A DNA stretch of 64,000 bases from Trypanosoma brucei (Eukaryota), in NCBI GenBank assembly GCA_000002445.1, contig AL929603.2, forward strand, positions 1,000,673-1,064,672. The letters run 5' to 3'. Of the stretch, positions 49,497 through 60,627 are shown piece after piece (positions within the stretch are counted from its first letter, which is position 1; every line of letters starts with the position of its first letter). The notes below the pieces were generated by a model. It did no database searches. It worked only from the letters and a program-made list of their open reading frames with translations, and was not told where the DNA came from. Made by a program: the position numbers and the translations under genes.

Positions 49497-50912
49497 TTAA
49501 AAGTCACACGCTAGAATAAAAAACGCAAGCCAAAGAGGAGCCTTTTTAATGACAAAAGAATTGCTTCCTGTGGTGTTTGTGGTTCCGGTTTTCTCTTTGT
49601 TTTCATCCTCTCCCTTCTTTTTTGGTGTGCAAACTCCCTCTACCATAACGCAAATCCTTGTGCAGTCGGTTCCATTTTTGTCACTGCATTCCTTATTTTG
49701 TTCTTCTTCAGCATTTTTGTTTTTAGTTTCTTTTTCCTCCTCACTTTTTAATTCTTTTAGCAGTAGTCTTGCTACGGAGTCGCCAAGTTGTCTCATAGTT
49801 GTGACGCTGTTTAGTGCTGTATTTTGTTCCTTGCCATCGCCGGTTACGGGGACTTTAATATCGTCGACTAGTTGCCACACGTTAGTGGCGAGCTTTTCGC
49901 CTGTTTGACCATATGCATCCTTTGTGGCGGCTTGGGCCTGCTGATCTCCTGTATCTATCGATTCTTTGTCGTACAGCCGCAATAGCGCCTTTGTTGCTAG
50001 TTTGCCGAATACTTGTGTTCCGGACAATGCTGAGTACTCCCTTAGATCTTTTGAGCATGACTGGTTTTGTAGCAGCTGTTTTGCGGCTGTGAAGTTGGCG
50101 TTTACTTTCTTTAGTAGGTCGCCTGTTATTTTTAGTGGCGTGACCTCGAGATTGATGCCGTTCTCTAGGCTCGTCCCAAGTCTGCTGGCTGCTGTCCCTT
50201 GATTTTGTGCTGGCCCGCCTGTGAGCTCTAGTTCGACGAAGCCATTTTCTGCTATCTGCGTGCTGTGGCAGCTGGCTGCGCCGTTGTGCGTGCATTTGTA
50301 GACGACTTTTAAGGCGTATGCTTGCTCCGGCAGCGCCGGCTGTTTCGCTTCGGTTGCTTTATCTATTTGCAGTAGGTCTTCACTGTCAGTCAAGCTTGGA
50401 CACGGCTTGTCGTCTCGTGCCGCGAGTGCCGACGGCGTCGGGAGCTGTGCGAACGGTGTGCCGCCCGTTGCTGTTACTTTGAACCGTCTTGACGTCGCCG
50501 TCATCGCATCCATAATCTTCCACGAGCGGGTCAGCTGATTTACGCCTTCCGTTAGGTCTTTCGTTTGTTTCTGTAGCTTGTCGGGAAGGTCTGCACATTC
50601 TTCAAGGATTTCCCCGCCGGCCGCTATTACAGGCACAAGCTTGCGTTTTAGGTTGGCGTCACCTACTGTTGCCGCCACAATAAGTTTGTTGTAGTTTTCG
50701 TGGTTGCTTCGCTGTTGGCTGGCTGCCGATGCGTACGTAATTTCATACAGATTTAAGCGTTTGTGAGTGCGAGCGATGCACGCGCACAGGTTTGCGCATG
50801 CCGCGTCGTCCGCCGGCTTTTCCGTTTGCGCGCGCCGTGATGTACTTAGGACCATTATCCCTATTAATACCTGTTGCGGCAATGTCATGGTTTTGTCTAG
50901 TGCTGTTTCCAA
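49497..50912 (-). CDS. VSG: Variant surface glycoprotein (VSG), full length, 471 aa.
   Basis: Has a signal peptide and a helical N-terminal domain with early Cys (ACANLCACIARTH). The C-terminal domain has the VSG cysteine pattern CSDKNGTDCTRICVMVEGVCTPKKKG. The GPI signal is NTTGSNSFVIKKAPLWLAFFILACDF. A 16-mer-like element lies in the 3'UTR just downstream. Confidence 0.9.
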   Translation of the reverse strand: METALDKTMTLPQQVLIGIMVLSTSRRAQTEKPADDAACANLCACIARTHKRLNLYEITYASAASQQRSNHENYNKLIVAATVGDANLKRKLVPVIAAGGEILEECADLPDKLQKQTKDLTEGVNQLTRSWKIMDAMTATSRRFKVTATGGTPFAQLPTPSALAARDDKPCPSLTDSEDLLQIDKATEAKQPALPEQAYALKVVYKCTHNGAASCHSTQIAENGFVELELTGGPAQNQGTAASRLGTSLENGINLEVTPLKITGDLLKKVNANFTAAKQLLQNQSCSKDLREYSALSGTQVFGKLATKALLRLYDKESIDTGDQQAQAATKDAYGQTGEKLATNVWQLVDDIKVPVTGDGKEQNTALNSVTTMRQLGDSVARLLLKELKSEEEKETKNKNAEEEQNKECSDKNGTDCTRICVMVEGVCTPKKKGEDENKEKTGTTNTTGSNSFVIKKAPLWLAFFILACDF

Positions 50913-52554
50913 GCTTGGGCTGCAAAAAAAAAAATGGCGGACGGTGTGAACAATCTTGCTGCTTACAGGTAAACTTCGTCGTTTGCCTTTGTTTTCAAAA
51001 AAATTACAAAGCTTATTTCACTCTTCCACGTTGGTGCGTAGTAGTGACTCAGCTTTAGGTGCCACCGATCTCACCATTTCTTATTTGTACTTAGGGTGCT
51101 TCGCTTTTGCCGAGCAGCATGCACGTTTATTTAGTATCATTTTTCACGTGCTGCCCTAATTAAGCGTCGCCGGTGTTGGAGGGCTTCGTTCTTCTGCGTA
51201 CTTTGCTAGTTTTAATTTCACGACAAAGTCCTTGTTAGATATTTACCTCCGATTGCCATTCAATCTTAGTTGTCTCAATTACGATTGTATTCTCTTCCAC
51301 TCTTCTCTCCTCTCCTTTATTTACTCTGCAACAATCTGGTCCCTCCAAGAATGCGCATCTGCGTTGTGTTTTTCTTCCGTTCTGGAAATTTTGTAAAAAT
51401 GCAGATGGTTTAGTTCATTTATTTTCATGTGAGCGCCAATTGGTCTTTTATTACTGTACTTCTTATTTTAAGCTATTTCGATATCTATTGTGCCTGTCGT
51501 ATCTAGCCGCTATTCCATTCATTTGGATCTTTAAAATTACGTATATGTTAGGACACCTAAAACATTTAACGCTTTTTTGTTTCAGTGGCCTCTAGTACGC
51601 TCCACTTGCATCTGGCTGCATGTCGCTGAAATGACGACATTACTCTGAAGATTCTGTCACATGACCGACCTTGTATATTTTTAGTTGTTTTTTGTCACAA
51701 GCTTACTCTGCTTCTCTTTCATCCATTTGAAGCTTTGGATATGATTTTGCCTTTCACCCCTTTTTCTTTGTTTGTGTCTCCGTGGCAGCTTTGCATTACC
51801 GAGAACTCTTACCTGAATTGGACGATCTAAGGACGTCCTAAACTGCTAGCACTTGCACCAATAGCGCAGAAATGGGTTTCTCTTGTTAATTCCCGCCACT
51901 TTGACAACCACCCTGACAGCTTATACATTGGGTATTTTAGGCAAATCCCCAGAATTTTTGTTTTTCTTCTTCTTCTGCTCTCCACGCTAACTCATTATAA
52001 GCCACAGTTTGAAAATGTTACTTTGAATAATATTATATTGTTTGCCACAAAGTGTTCGTCATTATTTATATATCTAATAAAAAACTTAGGTATTACCTCA
52101 CATATACGAAAAACCCTCTTCCTCATGTTGCCTTTGCTTCTTCACCGCTTATCACTATGATTCACAAGCATTTTAAAAAACATAGACTATACTGTCATCA
52201 CCGCAGTAGCATCCATAGATATTTTAAGTAAATCACAGAGAAACATTGACAATTCCTCTTCCTTCTGATGCACTATCTGCTTTTTCCTCTTCCGCCCCTA
52301 CCTCTGTGGATAGCCTAGCGACTTTCTCTTTCCTATAAAATAAACTTCCTTTTTGCGACTATCCCCTCTATCATCTCCTTGTGCGTATTACCATCAAAAT
52401 AATGCAGTATGAAACTCCGCACATATCATCTTCATCATTTCCGTCTTTTTAGCTTCCCTTTACTAACCTTCCTCTTCCTTAATGTCTCACTCGCTAACTT
52501 TCATTGCATTCCTTTTATTGTTTTAAGTGCGTCTATTTTGGCTTCCTATTGGGC

Positions 52555-52655
52555 TGCTACCACAACTCTTATCATATATTCGTATATATACACACTCACA
52601 ACACACTCCTCTATCATTATTATTATAACCATAGCTAATTTCAATAAAACAAACA
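52555..52655 (-). repeat. Single 70-bp repeat unit in minus orientation, upstream of the VSG at 50912.
   Basis: tatatacacactcacaacacactcctctatcattattattataacc is the reverse-complement form of the 70-bp core. It lies about 1.65 kb 5' of the VSG start, the usual co-transposed-region spacing. Confidence 0.55.
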
Positions 52656-53039
52656 AAACAAATATAATTAGAAACTTTAAAAATAGTTCTTATTTTTCTC
52701 ACCCTGTTATCCCATTACTTTACACCCATAGTCCTCTATTATGCATATTATAAAAAAAGTTTATTTTTTCAAATTCGAAAAATTATCAAATTTCTCAAAG
52801 ATCTTACAGAAGTTTTAAAATATATAAATTTTATTAAATTCTCTTTATATAGCAAACTGTTTCAAAATTAAAAATTTTCATAATTATATAAAATAAATAA
52901 AACATAATATTCTTAAAATCTTATAATTCTAAAGTGCTACAAAACTCACGAAAAAAGTAGTCATACTCAGAGCCAATTTGTTATTGACGAGAAAACTTCC
53001 ATTTCGGCACATTTCTTTATCCTGTTCAGGGTTTTAACT

Positions 53040-54500
53040 TTTACCTTTTCTCTAGCCACAAACAGGGCTTAATTTTTCAACATTTTCTTCTTACGAGTTG
53101 CTCTATCATTGTGGAAAGTATAGGTAACAGTAAGTGTTCCTGAATTTTGAGCTTGTGTTACAGGGAATCTGCTTTTTGAAACTTTTGATTCATTAAATTT
53201 GCACTTTTTAGTTCTGTCGGTTTCTGTTTCGTTGTAACTGCAGAAAGGCTTGTTGTTGCATTCTACTACGTCCTTAATTTTATTTCAGATGTTTTCTGGT
53301 GCTTTAGTATCTTTGCCTTGTTTTGCTTCGTAAAGTTCCTTGCTAAGGCTGGCGAATTTGATTGCGGCTTGCAGCTCATAATAGCTAACGAGTTCGGCTA
53401 GTTCATCGCTTTGCCTTGTCGTACCGAGCTTTGCTGCGCTTGTGCGACCTGCGGCGCCGCTGGGGATGTCTTCTGCAATCACTAGGTCGTTTATGTCTTT
53501 GTCTACTGTGCTCTTGTGGCCGCCAAATGCTGTCTTGACTTCAGTTTCTACGGCACACTTGGTTGCATCTCTATTGCTCAGCAAAACATTTTTGATGACT
53601 TATGTTAGTGCGGGCCTCTGTGATAGCCTGTCAGTTTCATTTGTGAATTCACCGGCTGTCCGTGGCTGTTGGCGCTGACTTCTGACTGTCGGCTTCCGCG
53701 GCCCAAGCTGTCGCTTTGCCTTCATTGCCGCCTTCGACCGCGTCTCTGTTGCGCATTGTCGGCTAGGAGTTGCCGGCCAGTAGAGTTAGGTAGCCATCCA
53801 GTATCTCTACAGTTGCTGCAGCGCACTGTCCTCCGTTCATGAACCCGGTTGTGCCGTGAGCTGCTGGTAGATTGCACTTGTTTTTTCCCGTTGGTGCCCT
53901 GTATTTGAGTCTTACGTGTCTCCCGGTTTGCCGAACACAATACCTTTTAAGCCGGTGACACCTAAAAATTCGCTTGTTGTGCCGCCCGCTTGGAGGGATG
54001 TTAGTTTTGTGTTGCAGTCATACTTGCAGAGCTTTCCGTGTTTACGATCTGAACCCGCTGTATCCGAGTCGTTTTCAACTAGACACGCATTGTTGTTTCC
54101 ATTCGCTCCTTCTAGGAGGTTAAGGTACTCGTCGATGCGCCCTTTCAGGTGGGTGGCCGTGCGCACCGTGTCTATTTGCTTTTGGACTACGGTTTCTTTT
54201 TACACAGCTGCTGCTCTCACCGCTTTTACGCTGTAATATGCTCGCAAAGCTGCTATCGCCTTGGTCTTTTGATGCTTTAGGTTTTTAGCGGTAAAATCTC
54301 CGTTCACGGCGGCATCGCCGAGTTCCTTCCAAACGGCCAGGACGCTGTCGAGAGATTTTAGTATCCCGTTGTTTTTGGTGTTAAGTTCGTCAGTTAGGCC
54401 GCATAGAGGCTCCCACACCTTCTTTAGCAGTCCATGTTTCTTTGTTGCGTGGACCACTGCAGGCAGCGTCAGCAGCGTGACAAAAAGTTTTATCTTGAAG
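53040..54500 (-). pseudogene. VSG pseudogene: frameshifted, with no start codon and a non-canonical C-terminus.
   Basis: Minus-strand fragments 54200..54457 (..TLLTLPAVVHATKKHGLLKKVWEPLCGLTDEL..), 53912..54166, 53722..53940 and 53285..53584 are VSG N-terminal-domain-like. A VSG-type C-terminal domain is readable at 53230-53045 (CNNKPFCSYNETETDRTKKCKFNESK...) but ends ..TFHNDRATRKKKMLKN instead of a GPI signal. Confidence 0.75.
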
Positions 54501-55379
54501 TATGTGCGTTTCGAATACGTAGCAGTTAAGCCTTTTTACCAAAGCCAGCTACTCTTTTTTTTCTTCACCAAAAGAACATTAAAAATGCGTTTAAGTATTT
54601 CTATTAGACACTTATTGGCATTGAAAATTTATAGAAAGGTCCACAGCCACCGGATAAAAGTGCTCTTTTTCTCCTTATTGGTGATGTTTCTGCCATATTG
54701 TAACAGATAACGGGTCCTATCCAAGTTTCTAATTATGTGGTTTCGAGTTCGCCGCCACTATCCTTTGTTAAAAAGTTGTACTATGTCCTCTTGAATGCGG
54801 CACCAGCCCTGGCGTTAAAAGAAATATCGTTCAGTGCATCTGTCCCTTCTCTCCGACTTTGCGGTGTGTGTTAGCATTATTCTCATTGTTTCTCAAACTC
54901 ACAAAAAAAAGCATTTACATTTTGCATTCTATGAGTAGAGAGTTTCTGACGCGTCTCGTAACACCCAGTGATTCACGAAGGTGCTGCATCTCTTTCCTAC
55001 CACTTCAGATGGGGATACACCATTAGATTTAAAAGCATAGCAAAAGCATAATCTCTTGTTGTTACAGCCGTACTTTTGCTCTGTTTTTCAGCCCGACTGC
55101 TTTATACAAAGCTTTTTTCACTGTATATACCGTTGCGACTCCGTTTCTCCTGTACACTGCATTCTGTTTCCCCCTCATTGTCATCTCCGTCGGTTCCTCG
55201 ACTAAAATGATGGCCATCGTTATATTTGTGTTTTAAACTGAACATGTTCCGTCTCCATAACACTTTATGCATGTCTATTAATAATAATATTTCTTGTCCT
55301 ATGCCTGTTTGTTATATATCACCCTAACCATTATTTTAGCTGTTTATATTTGTACGATTCATTTTTTCCAACACCCATA

Positions 55380-55470
55380 TTAAAAAACTTGTACATACAC
55401 ACTCACAATACTTTCCTATCACTACTACTTTACACACTCACGTTACTATTATTCACATATAAAATATTTC
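55380..55470 (-). repeat. Single 70-bp repeat unit in minus orientation, downstream of the VSG 3'UTR and upstream of the VSG pseudogene.
   Basis: The reverse complement reads ..gtgataggaaagtattgtgagtgtgtatgtac... Confidence 0.6.
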
Positions 55471-55511
55471 ATATTTACCAAATTTGCACTTTTTTACAAA
55501 GCTTTACAAAA

Positions 55512-55528
55512 GTGTTAAAATATATAAA
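55512..55528 (-). promoter_or_regulatory. VSG 3'UTR 16-mer-like element (TTATATATTTTAACAC on the minus strand, one mismatch to the conserved TGATATATTTTAACAC).
   Basis: Lies about 45-60 nt downstream of the stop of the VSG at 55570. A more diverged copy sits at 52812..52828 (TTTATATATTTTAAAAC). The 16-mer consensus is recalled from the VSG mRNA-stability literature. Confidence 0.45.
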
Positions 55529-55569
55529 TTTAGCATATTTTGTAAATATCACAAAACTGAGCAAAATTC

Positions 55570-57183
55570 CTAAAAGTCTTTACAATTCTGAAATGCTTCC
55601 AAACTAAAAAATGCAGCAGCTATCAGAGCCAATTTATTATTTACAATAAAGCTACAAAGGCTGTGCTTTTCTTTTTCTGGCTCATCTTCACTTTCTTTTC
55701 CCTTTCTGAATGCGCAATTTTGTTTATCCCCCGTTTTGTCATTTTCACAAGCTGTCTCGTCAGTGCCGTGTTTTGCACACCAAGCTGAAGCTGCTCTCTC
55801 TTTCTTTTGATCTCCTGCAGTTCCTGTTCCTGTTCCTGCTGCTGCATTTGTTTGTCCTTCTCCATCTTTAGGTTTGCAGGGACCATCTGTTTCAGTTTTT
55901 CCTTGCCATTTGCAGTTAGCCTCTGTGCATGCAGTTTTATTGCTTTTTTGTTGTTTGCATCCTTCTTTATCTTCTTTGGTCTTTGAGCTTAAGCTCTTTG
56001 TCTCGACGGTTGTGGGGGGTTCTGTTAGCGCTGTCGCACAAGCATACGCTGCTTCTCGTTCTGCTTTTAGTTGGTGGTTTATATTTTTTATCGCCGCGGC
56101 CGCCGCTTCCCGTAGCTGTAGGTCTTGGGCGAGGTTTACAAGTTTCACTACCCATGGGATGTCCGTGAACTTTTTGTCGCCCTTCCCCGTGAAATCGCTG
56201 TATTTGACGCATACCCCCGCGTCTGAGCTTCCGTCGCAGTTGCTTTTGGTTACTGTTTTGCCGAGGAAACCGGCGTTGTTAAGTTTGACTACCATGCTGT
56301 TCAGTTCTCTTATCGGAGTTAGGAGCGCATCGGCACTGATCACCGCTCCGTCGTCGTCTGGGCATTCGCCGGCTAGCTGTGTCCACACTCCTAAGGCCGG
56401 GGGTGCCGCCGTTGTCCAGGTCGTTGTTACAGTTTGGCCAGATATGCAGGCTCCGCCCGGTTGGTTTGCGGCTGCTTCGGCGCATACGCACATTAGCGTC
56501 GCGGCTGCTGTCGTTGCTGGGTGGTTGGCGATGTTTCCACCGCAGGCATTCGAGCGTCCGCTGTTGGCGCCTCCTGAGAAAGTTTTTGCTATTGTGACAC
56601 TTGCTTTATTACCGACGTCATCCCCCAACACCGCGTCTTTAAGCTTCTTGGGGTAATCAGCTGCTGTTGGTTTTGCTGCTGCTGCTGAGTATTGTTTTCC
56701 TTCTGTTAATAGGGCCTGCGCCCGTGCTAAGTGTGCTTGGACTCTCATTTGTGCTGCCCATCTTCTTCCGGGCGTAAGGTTGTTGAAGCCTGCTTCTTTT
56801 ATTCTTGTAGCCGCTGCTGTGTCCGGCCGCGTGGCTTTGTAAGCTAGAACCCATTGTCGCCATTTGTTGTGCCAGTCCTTAGCGATATTGTCGTCCGTTA
56901 CGTTAGCCTTTGTTTTCATCTCCTCTAGGGTGTCTGTGACTTCGGCTTTTGCAAATTTTGCTTGCCATGTTGCTGGGCTTAGACTGATGTTTAGTTCTTC
57001 CATTTCTGTGACAGCTGCCGTGTTTAGCGTCGCGTGCGGTCCTAGCGCTGGTGATTTTTCCGCAAGGGCCACAAGCTTGCACAGTTGTCGGAACACTGCT
57101 CCGTTGTCGGCCGGTCCGACGTCGCTAGTGGCTTGTTTGGCTGAGAGGAAAAGTGCCAGGAAAAGAAATACCGGCAGTAGCAT
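55570..57183 (-). CDS. VSG: VSG, 537 aa, with an aberrant C-terminal extension. It may be a nonfunctional or archive copy.
   Basis: Has a signal peptide MLLPVFLFLALFLSA, an N-terminal VSG domain with an early Cys (FRQLCKLVALAEK), and a C-terminal domain cysteine pattern (CKPKDGEG...CAKHGTDETACENDKTGDKQNCAF). Its GPI-signal-like end is SLCSFIVNNKLALIAAAFFSL, but it continues EAFQNCKDF past the expected stop. Confidence 0.85.
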   Translation of the reverse strand: MLLPVFLFLALFLSAKQATSDVGPADNGAVFRQLCKLVALAEKSPALGPHATLNTAAVTEMEELNISLSPATWQAKFAKAEVTDTLEEMKTKANVTDDNIAKDWHNKWRQWVLAYKATRPDTAAATRIKEAGFNNLTPGRRWAAQMRVQAHLARAQALLTEGKQYSAAAAKPTAADYPKKLKDAVLGDDVGNKASVTIAKTFSGGANSGRSNACGGNIANHPATTAAATLMCVCAEAAANQPGGACISGQTVTTTWTTAAPPALGVWTQLAGECPDDDGAVISADALLTPIRELNSMVVKLNNAGFLGKTVTKSNCDGSSDAGVCVKYSDFTGKGDKKFTDIPWVVKLVNLAQDLQLREAAAAAIKNINHQLKAEREAAYACATALTEPPTTVETKSLSSKTKEDKEGCKQQKSNKTACTEANCKWQGKTETDGPCKPKDGEGQTNAAAGTGTGTAGDQKKERAASAWCAKHGTDETACENDKTGDKQNCAFRKGKESEDEPEKEKHSLCSFIVNNKLALIAAAFFSLEAFQNCKDF

Positions 57184-57599
57184 TGGCTGCTGTGTAACTT
57201 ACTTTGTCGGCGTATGTGACTCTGTGTTGGCTGCAGTTGCTGGCCCCTGCCCTTGGATTCCGCCTATGTATATTTTTTTACTCGTGAATTACTTGGTATG
57301 TTCTTTTCGTTTGCGTCTAATCTTCAGCGTGGAATTATTTTGTGTGTAACTAGTGATAGTTGTGTGGTATTTGACGGTATTTGCAGACTGTGCTCGTGCA
57401 TGTACATTATTCTTTGGTTTTGCTTGGACTTTTGCTGTTTTTACTCAGATTAGTAGACTTTCATAAGGTATTTTTTTAGTTGTAAGCATGGCATCGATGT
57501 GTGTCGCTGTTGCCTGCTTCTTCTTTTTGAGTCTTGTACTTGCCAGTGCGTATGCTTTCTCACTTTATATTTATTGGAATTTGTTAGTTGACGTTGTCA

Positions 57600-58653
57600 A
57601 AACCATTTTGCGACTGCTGATTGGCATCGCAACTTCTTCGCTACAAATAATTCCCTTTCTTTTAACGTATCACCACATATTTTCTGATCTTCAAAATCTC
57701 ACCAACCCCCATCCACCGCATAGCTTTGAATTTCACCAAAATCCTTCGCACTAAGCTGCTTCTTTTCCAATTCTCTATCCAAAATATGATTCTTCACAAT
57801 CAATTTCGCTTTTTCCTCCCACGCAATAGGCTGTGCCGGAAAGTGAACAGATACCACCTATCCAACTTCACCATTATTTGGAATAGAAAAGCCTCTTCTC
57901 ATAATCCAATGCAATCATTCCTCTCTACAAAACAAATCACTGTCCAACAGCTTCTTCCTGAGTGGCACTCCATATTAACAACGGTTTGTAAATACTCTGC
58001 TCTGACCACCACTCCTCACTTCCCTTTAGTAACTCTCCAAAAGCATATTCAAATTTTATTAAATGCCCAAACTCTTGCGATTATATTTCCACCTCCAAGG
58101 TAAGGGTTTCCACTAGGAGGTGATTTCAGTAAATGCGGTAATTTTTTATCTTATTCTTTTCTGTAACCGACATTAAAGAGCCAATAGCATCTTACTCTAT
58201 GGTCTTTGTAATCTGAGCTCATAAGTAAATCAAACTGAGGAGCATAACACTCTGATGTTATCATGAGTAGAGTATTTCACAGCATTTTCATACTTTTCTC
58301 CATCACTGACAATAACGTCAGAACCCATCAAAATGAATTACAATATCCTCATCGCTTGCATTCTGTTTCCCTAAAATTCCATAACCTATCTACGCCTCTT
58401 AGCATGACTATACAAACCTCCCATTGAAATTGTAATAATTTCAATATGGCTTAGTTTCGCACTCAATATTTTTCTATATTATCCTTGAGTTGTATGAATA
58501 TGAACAACAACCACAAATACTTATGTTTCTTAGCGTCATTCTCTACTACATTTGTTATAATTGCCTTTATGTGTTATTGAATTTTTTAAAGCTTTAATAT
58601 ACTACATGTAACAGTAACAGTAATAGTAAAGTTCTCAAAATAAGAAATCTCAT
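57600..58653 (-). pseudogene. ESAG3-like or glycosyltransferase-like pseudogene, copy 2. It is a diverged duplicate of 47331..48375.
   Basis: The nucleotide sequence 57.7-58.6 kb aligns with 47.4-48.35 kb, for example atcctcatcgcttgcattctgtttccc with atcctcatcacttgtattctgtttctcc. No long ORF remains. Confidence 0.5.
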
Positions 58654-59408
58654 GACGTAATCTTCCTTTAAAATTTAAGCGCGTTATAAGAAAAGTATTA
58701 GAAGCCTTAATAAAGAAAAAACGTCGCGAGACTCACTGTTAAGTTAAGGAAACAGCATTTTCATATATGAGTATTTACTTTATATTGTTATGTTGTTTCT
58801 GTTGAGTGTATTTTCAGCGTATGAACCTTGTCTTTCATTAGTTACCCACAGTGTTTTCTATGTCAGCTTTAGTTACACCTAGTTCTGTAAACTACGTGAA
58901 TTTCACTATTTGTTTCATTTACATTTCTTTTCTATGTATTTCTGTTGTTATTTAAGATGGTATTTACACTATTCCCTTTGTATATGCTAAAATGCTTACC
59001 CTTTTACTTTGATAAGTGCTTCGACCATTCGCTTTTGTCACAATATTAATATCACTATAGCTCTATAAGTTACTTCTAACATTGTAGCTACTCCATTTAC
59101 AGAATAACACTCATTTATTCTGCATCAACTACGTGGTGTCATTGGTTTATTTTTTTATTTGGCGCTACGCTTCACTGTGCGATACTCTGTCGTTTCACTC
59201 TGGATTTTCTTTTTTGTTTTCTGTTATATTATCGCTCTCTCAGCGAAAAAGGTAGTACCTCCATTTGTCCAGTACACTAGACTCTGTCTCTTCCTACTAT
59301 ATTGTTCAATTAAAAACCTCCTTTTTATCAACAATGATATTGATCGTCATGTTTAAGTTTGAAACTGTGCATATTTTAATCCTTTCTCATTTTCACACTT
59401 TATTTCTC

Positions 59409-59641
<233 letters not shown>

Positions 59642-59699
59642 AAATATAATAATAATATTAATATTATAAATAATAAAATGATCATAATGATGGTAATAC

Positions 59700-60527
59700 A
59701 ATAACTAGCAGAGTGTGTCGTGAGTGTGCATATACGAATATACTATACGAGCAGTAATGATAATGATAATGATAATGATAGGAGAGTGTTGTGAGTGTGT
59801 ATATACGAATATTATGATGAGAGCAGTAATAATAATAATGATGATGATGATAATTATAATAGGAGAGTGTTGTGAGTGTGTGTATACGAATATTATAATA
59901 AGAACAGTAATAAATATGATGATGATAATAATAACAGGAGAGTGTTGTGAGAGTGTGTATATACGAATATTATGATGAGAGCAGTAATAATAATAATGAT
60001 GATGATGATAATTATAATAGGAGAGTGTTGTGAGTGTGTATATACGAATATTATAATAAGAACAGTAATAAATATGATGATGATAATAATAACAGGAGAG
60101 TGTTGTGAGAGTGTGTATATACGAATATTATAATAAGAGCAGTAATAATGATGATGATGATAATGATAATAATAGGAAAGTGTGGTGAGTGTGTAGATAC
60201 GAATATTATAATAACACCAGTAATAGTAATAATAATAATAGGAATGTGTTGTGAGTGTGTGCATATACGAATATTGTAATGAGAGCAGTAATAATGATAA
60301 TAATAATAGGAGAGTGTTGCGAGTGTGTGTATACGAATATTATAATAACACCAGTAATAGTAATAATAATAATAATGATAATAGGAGAGTGTTGTGAGTG
60401 TGTGTATACGAATATTATAATAAGAACAGTAATAATAGTAATGATAATGATAGGAGAGTGTTGTGAGTGTGTATACACGAATATTATAATAAGAGCAGTA
60501 ATAAATATGATGATGATAATTATAATA
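59700..60527 (+). repeat. Tandem array of about 11 T. brucei-type 70-bp repeats (70-84 bp units) in + orientation, toward the telomere. The assembly gap truncates it.
   Basis: The repeated unit is (TAA/TGA)n ATAGGAGAGTGTTGTGAGTGTGTATATACGAATATTATAATAAGAGCAGTAATAA, with variants ggaaagtgtggtgag and ggaatgtgttgtgag. Confidence 0.9.
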
Positions 60528-60627
60528 NNNNNNNNNNNNNNNNNNNNNNNNNNNNNNNNNNNNNNNNNNNNNNNNNNNNNNNNNNNNNNNNNNNNNNNNN
60601 NNNNNNNNNNNNNNNNNNNNNNNNNNN
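60528..60627. other. Assembly gap: a run of 100 N.
   Basis: Direct read. Confidence 1.

Noticed and set aside
49549-50295. Plus-strand ORFs (49549..49908, 49966..50202), a minus-strand alternative-frame ORF (49882..50295) and similar frame-shadow ORFs inside the VSG genes.
   Set aside because: These are overlapping frame shadows of the convincingly VSG-like minus-strand ORFs. The same applies to 55874..56656 and 56864..57349.
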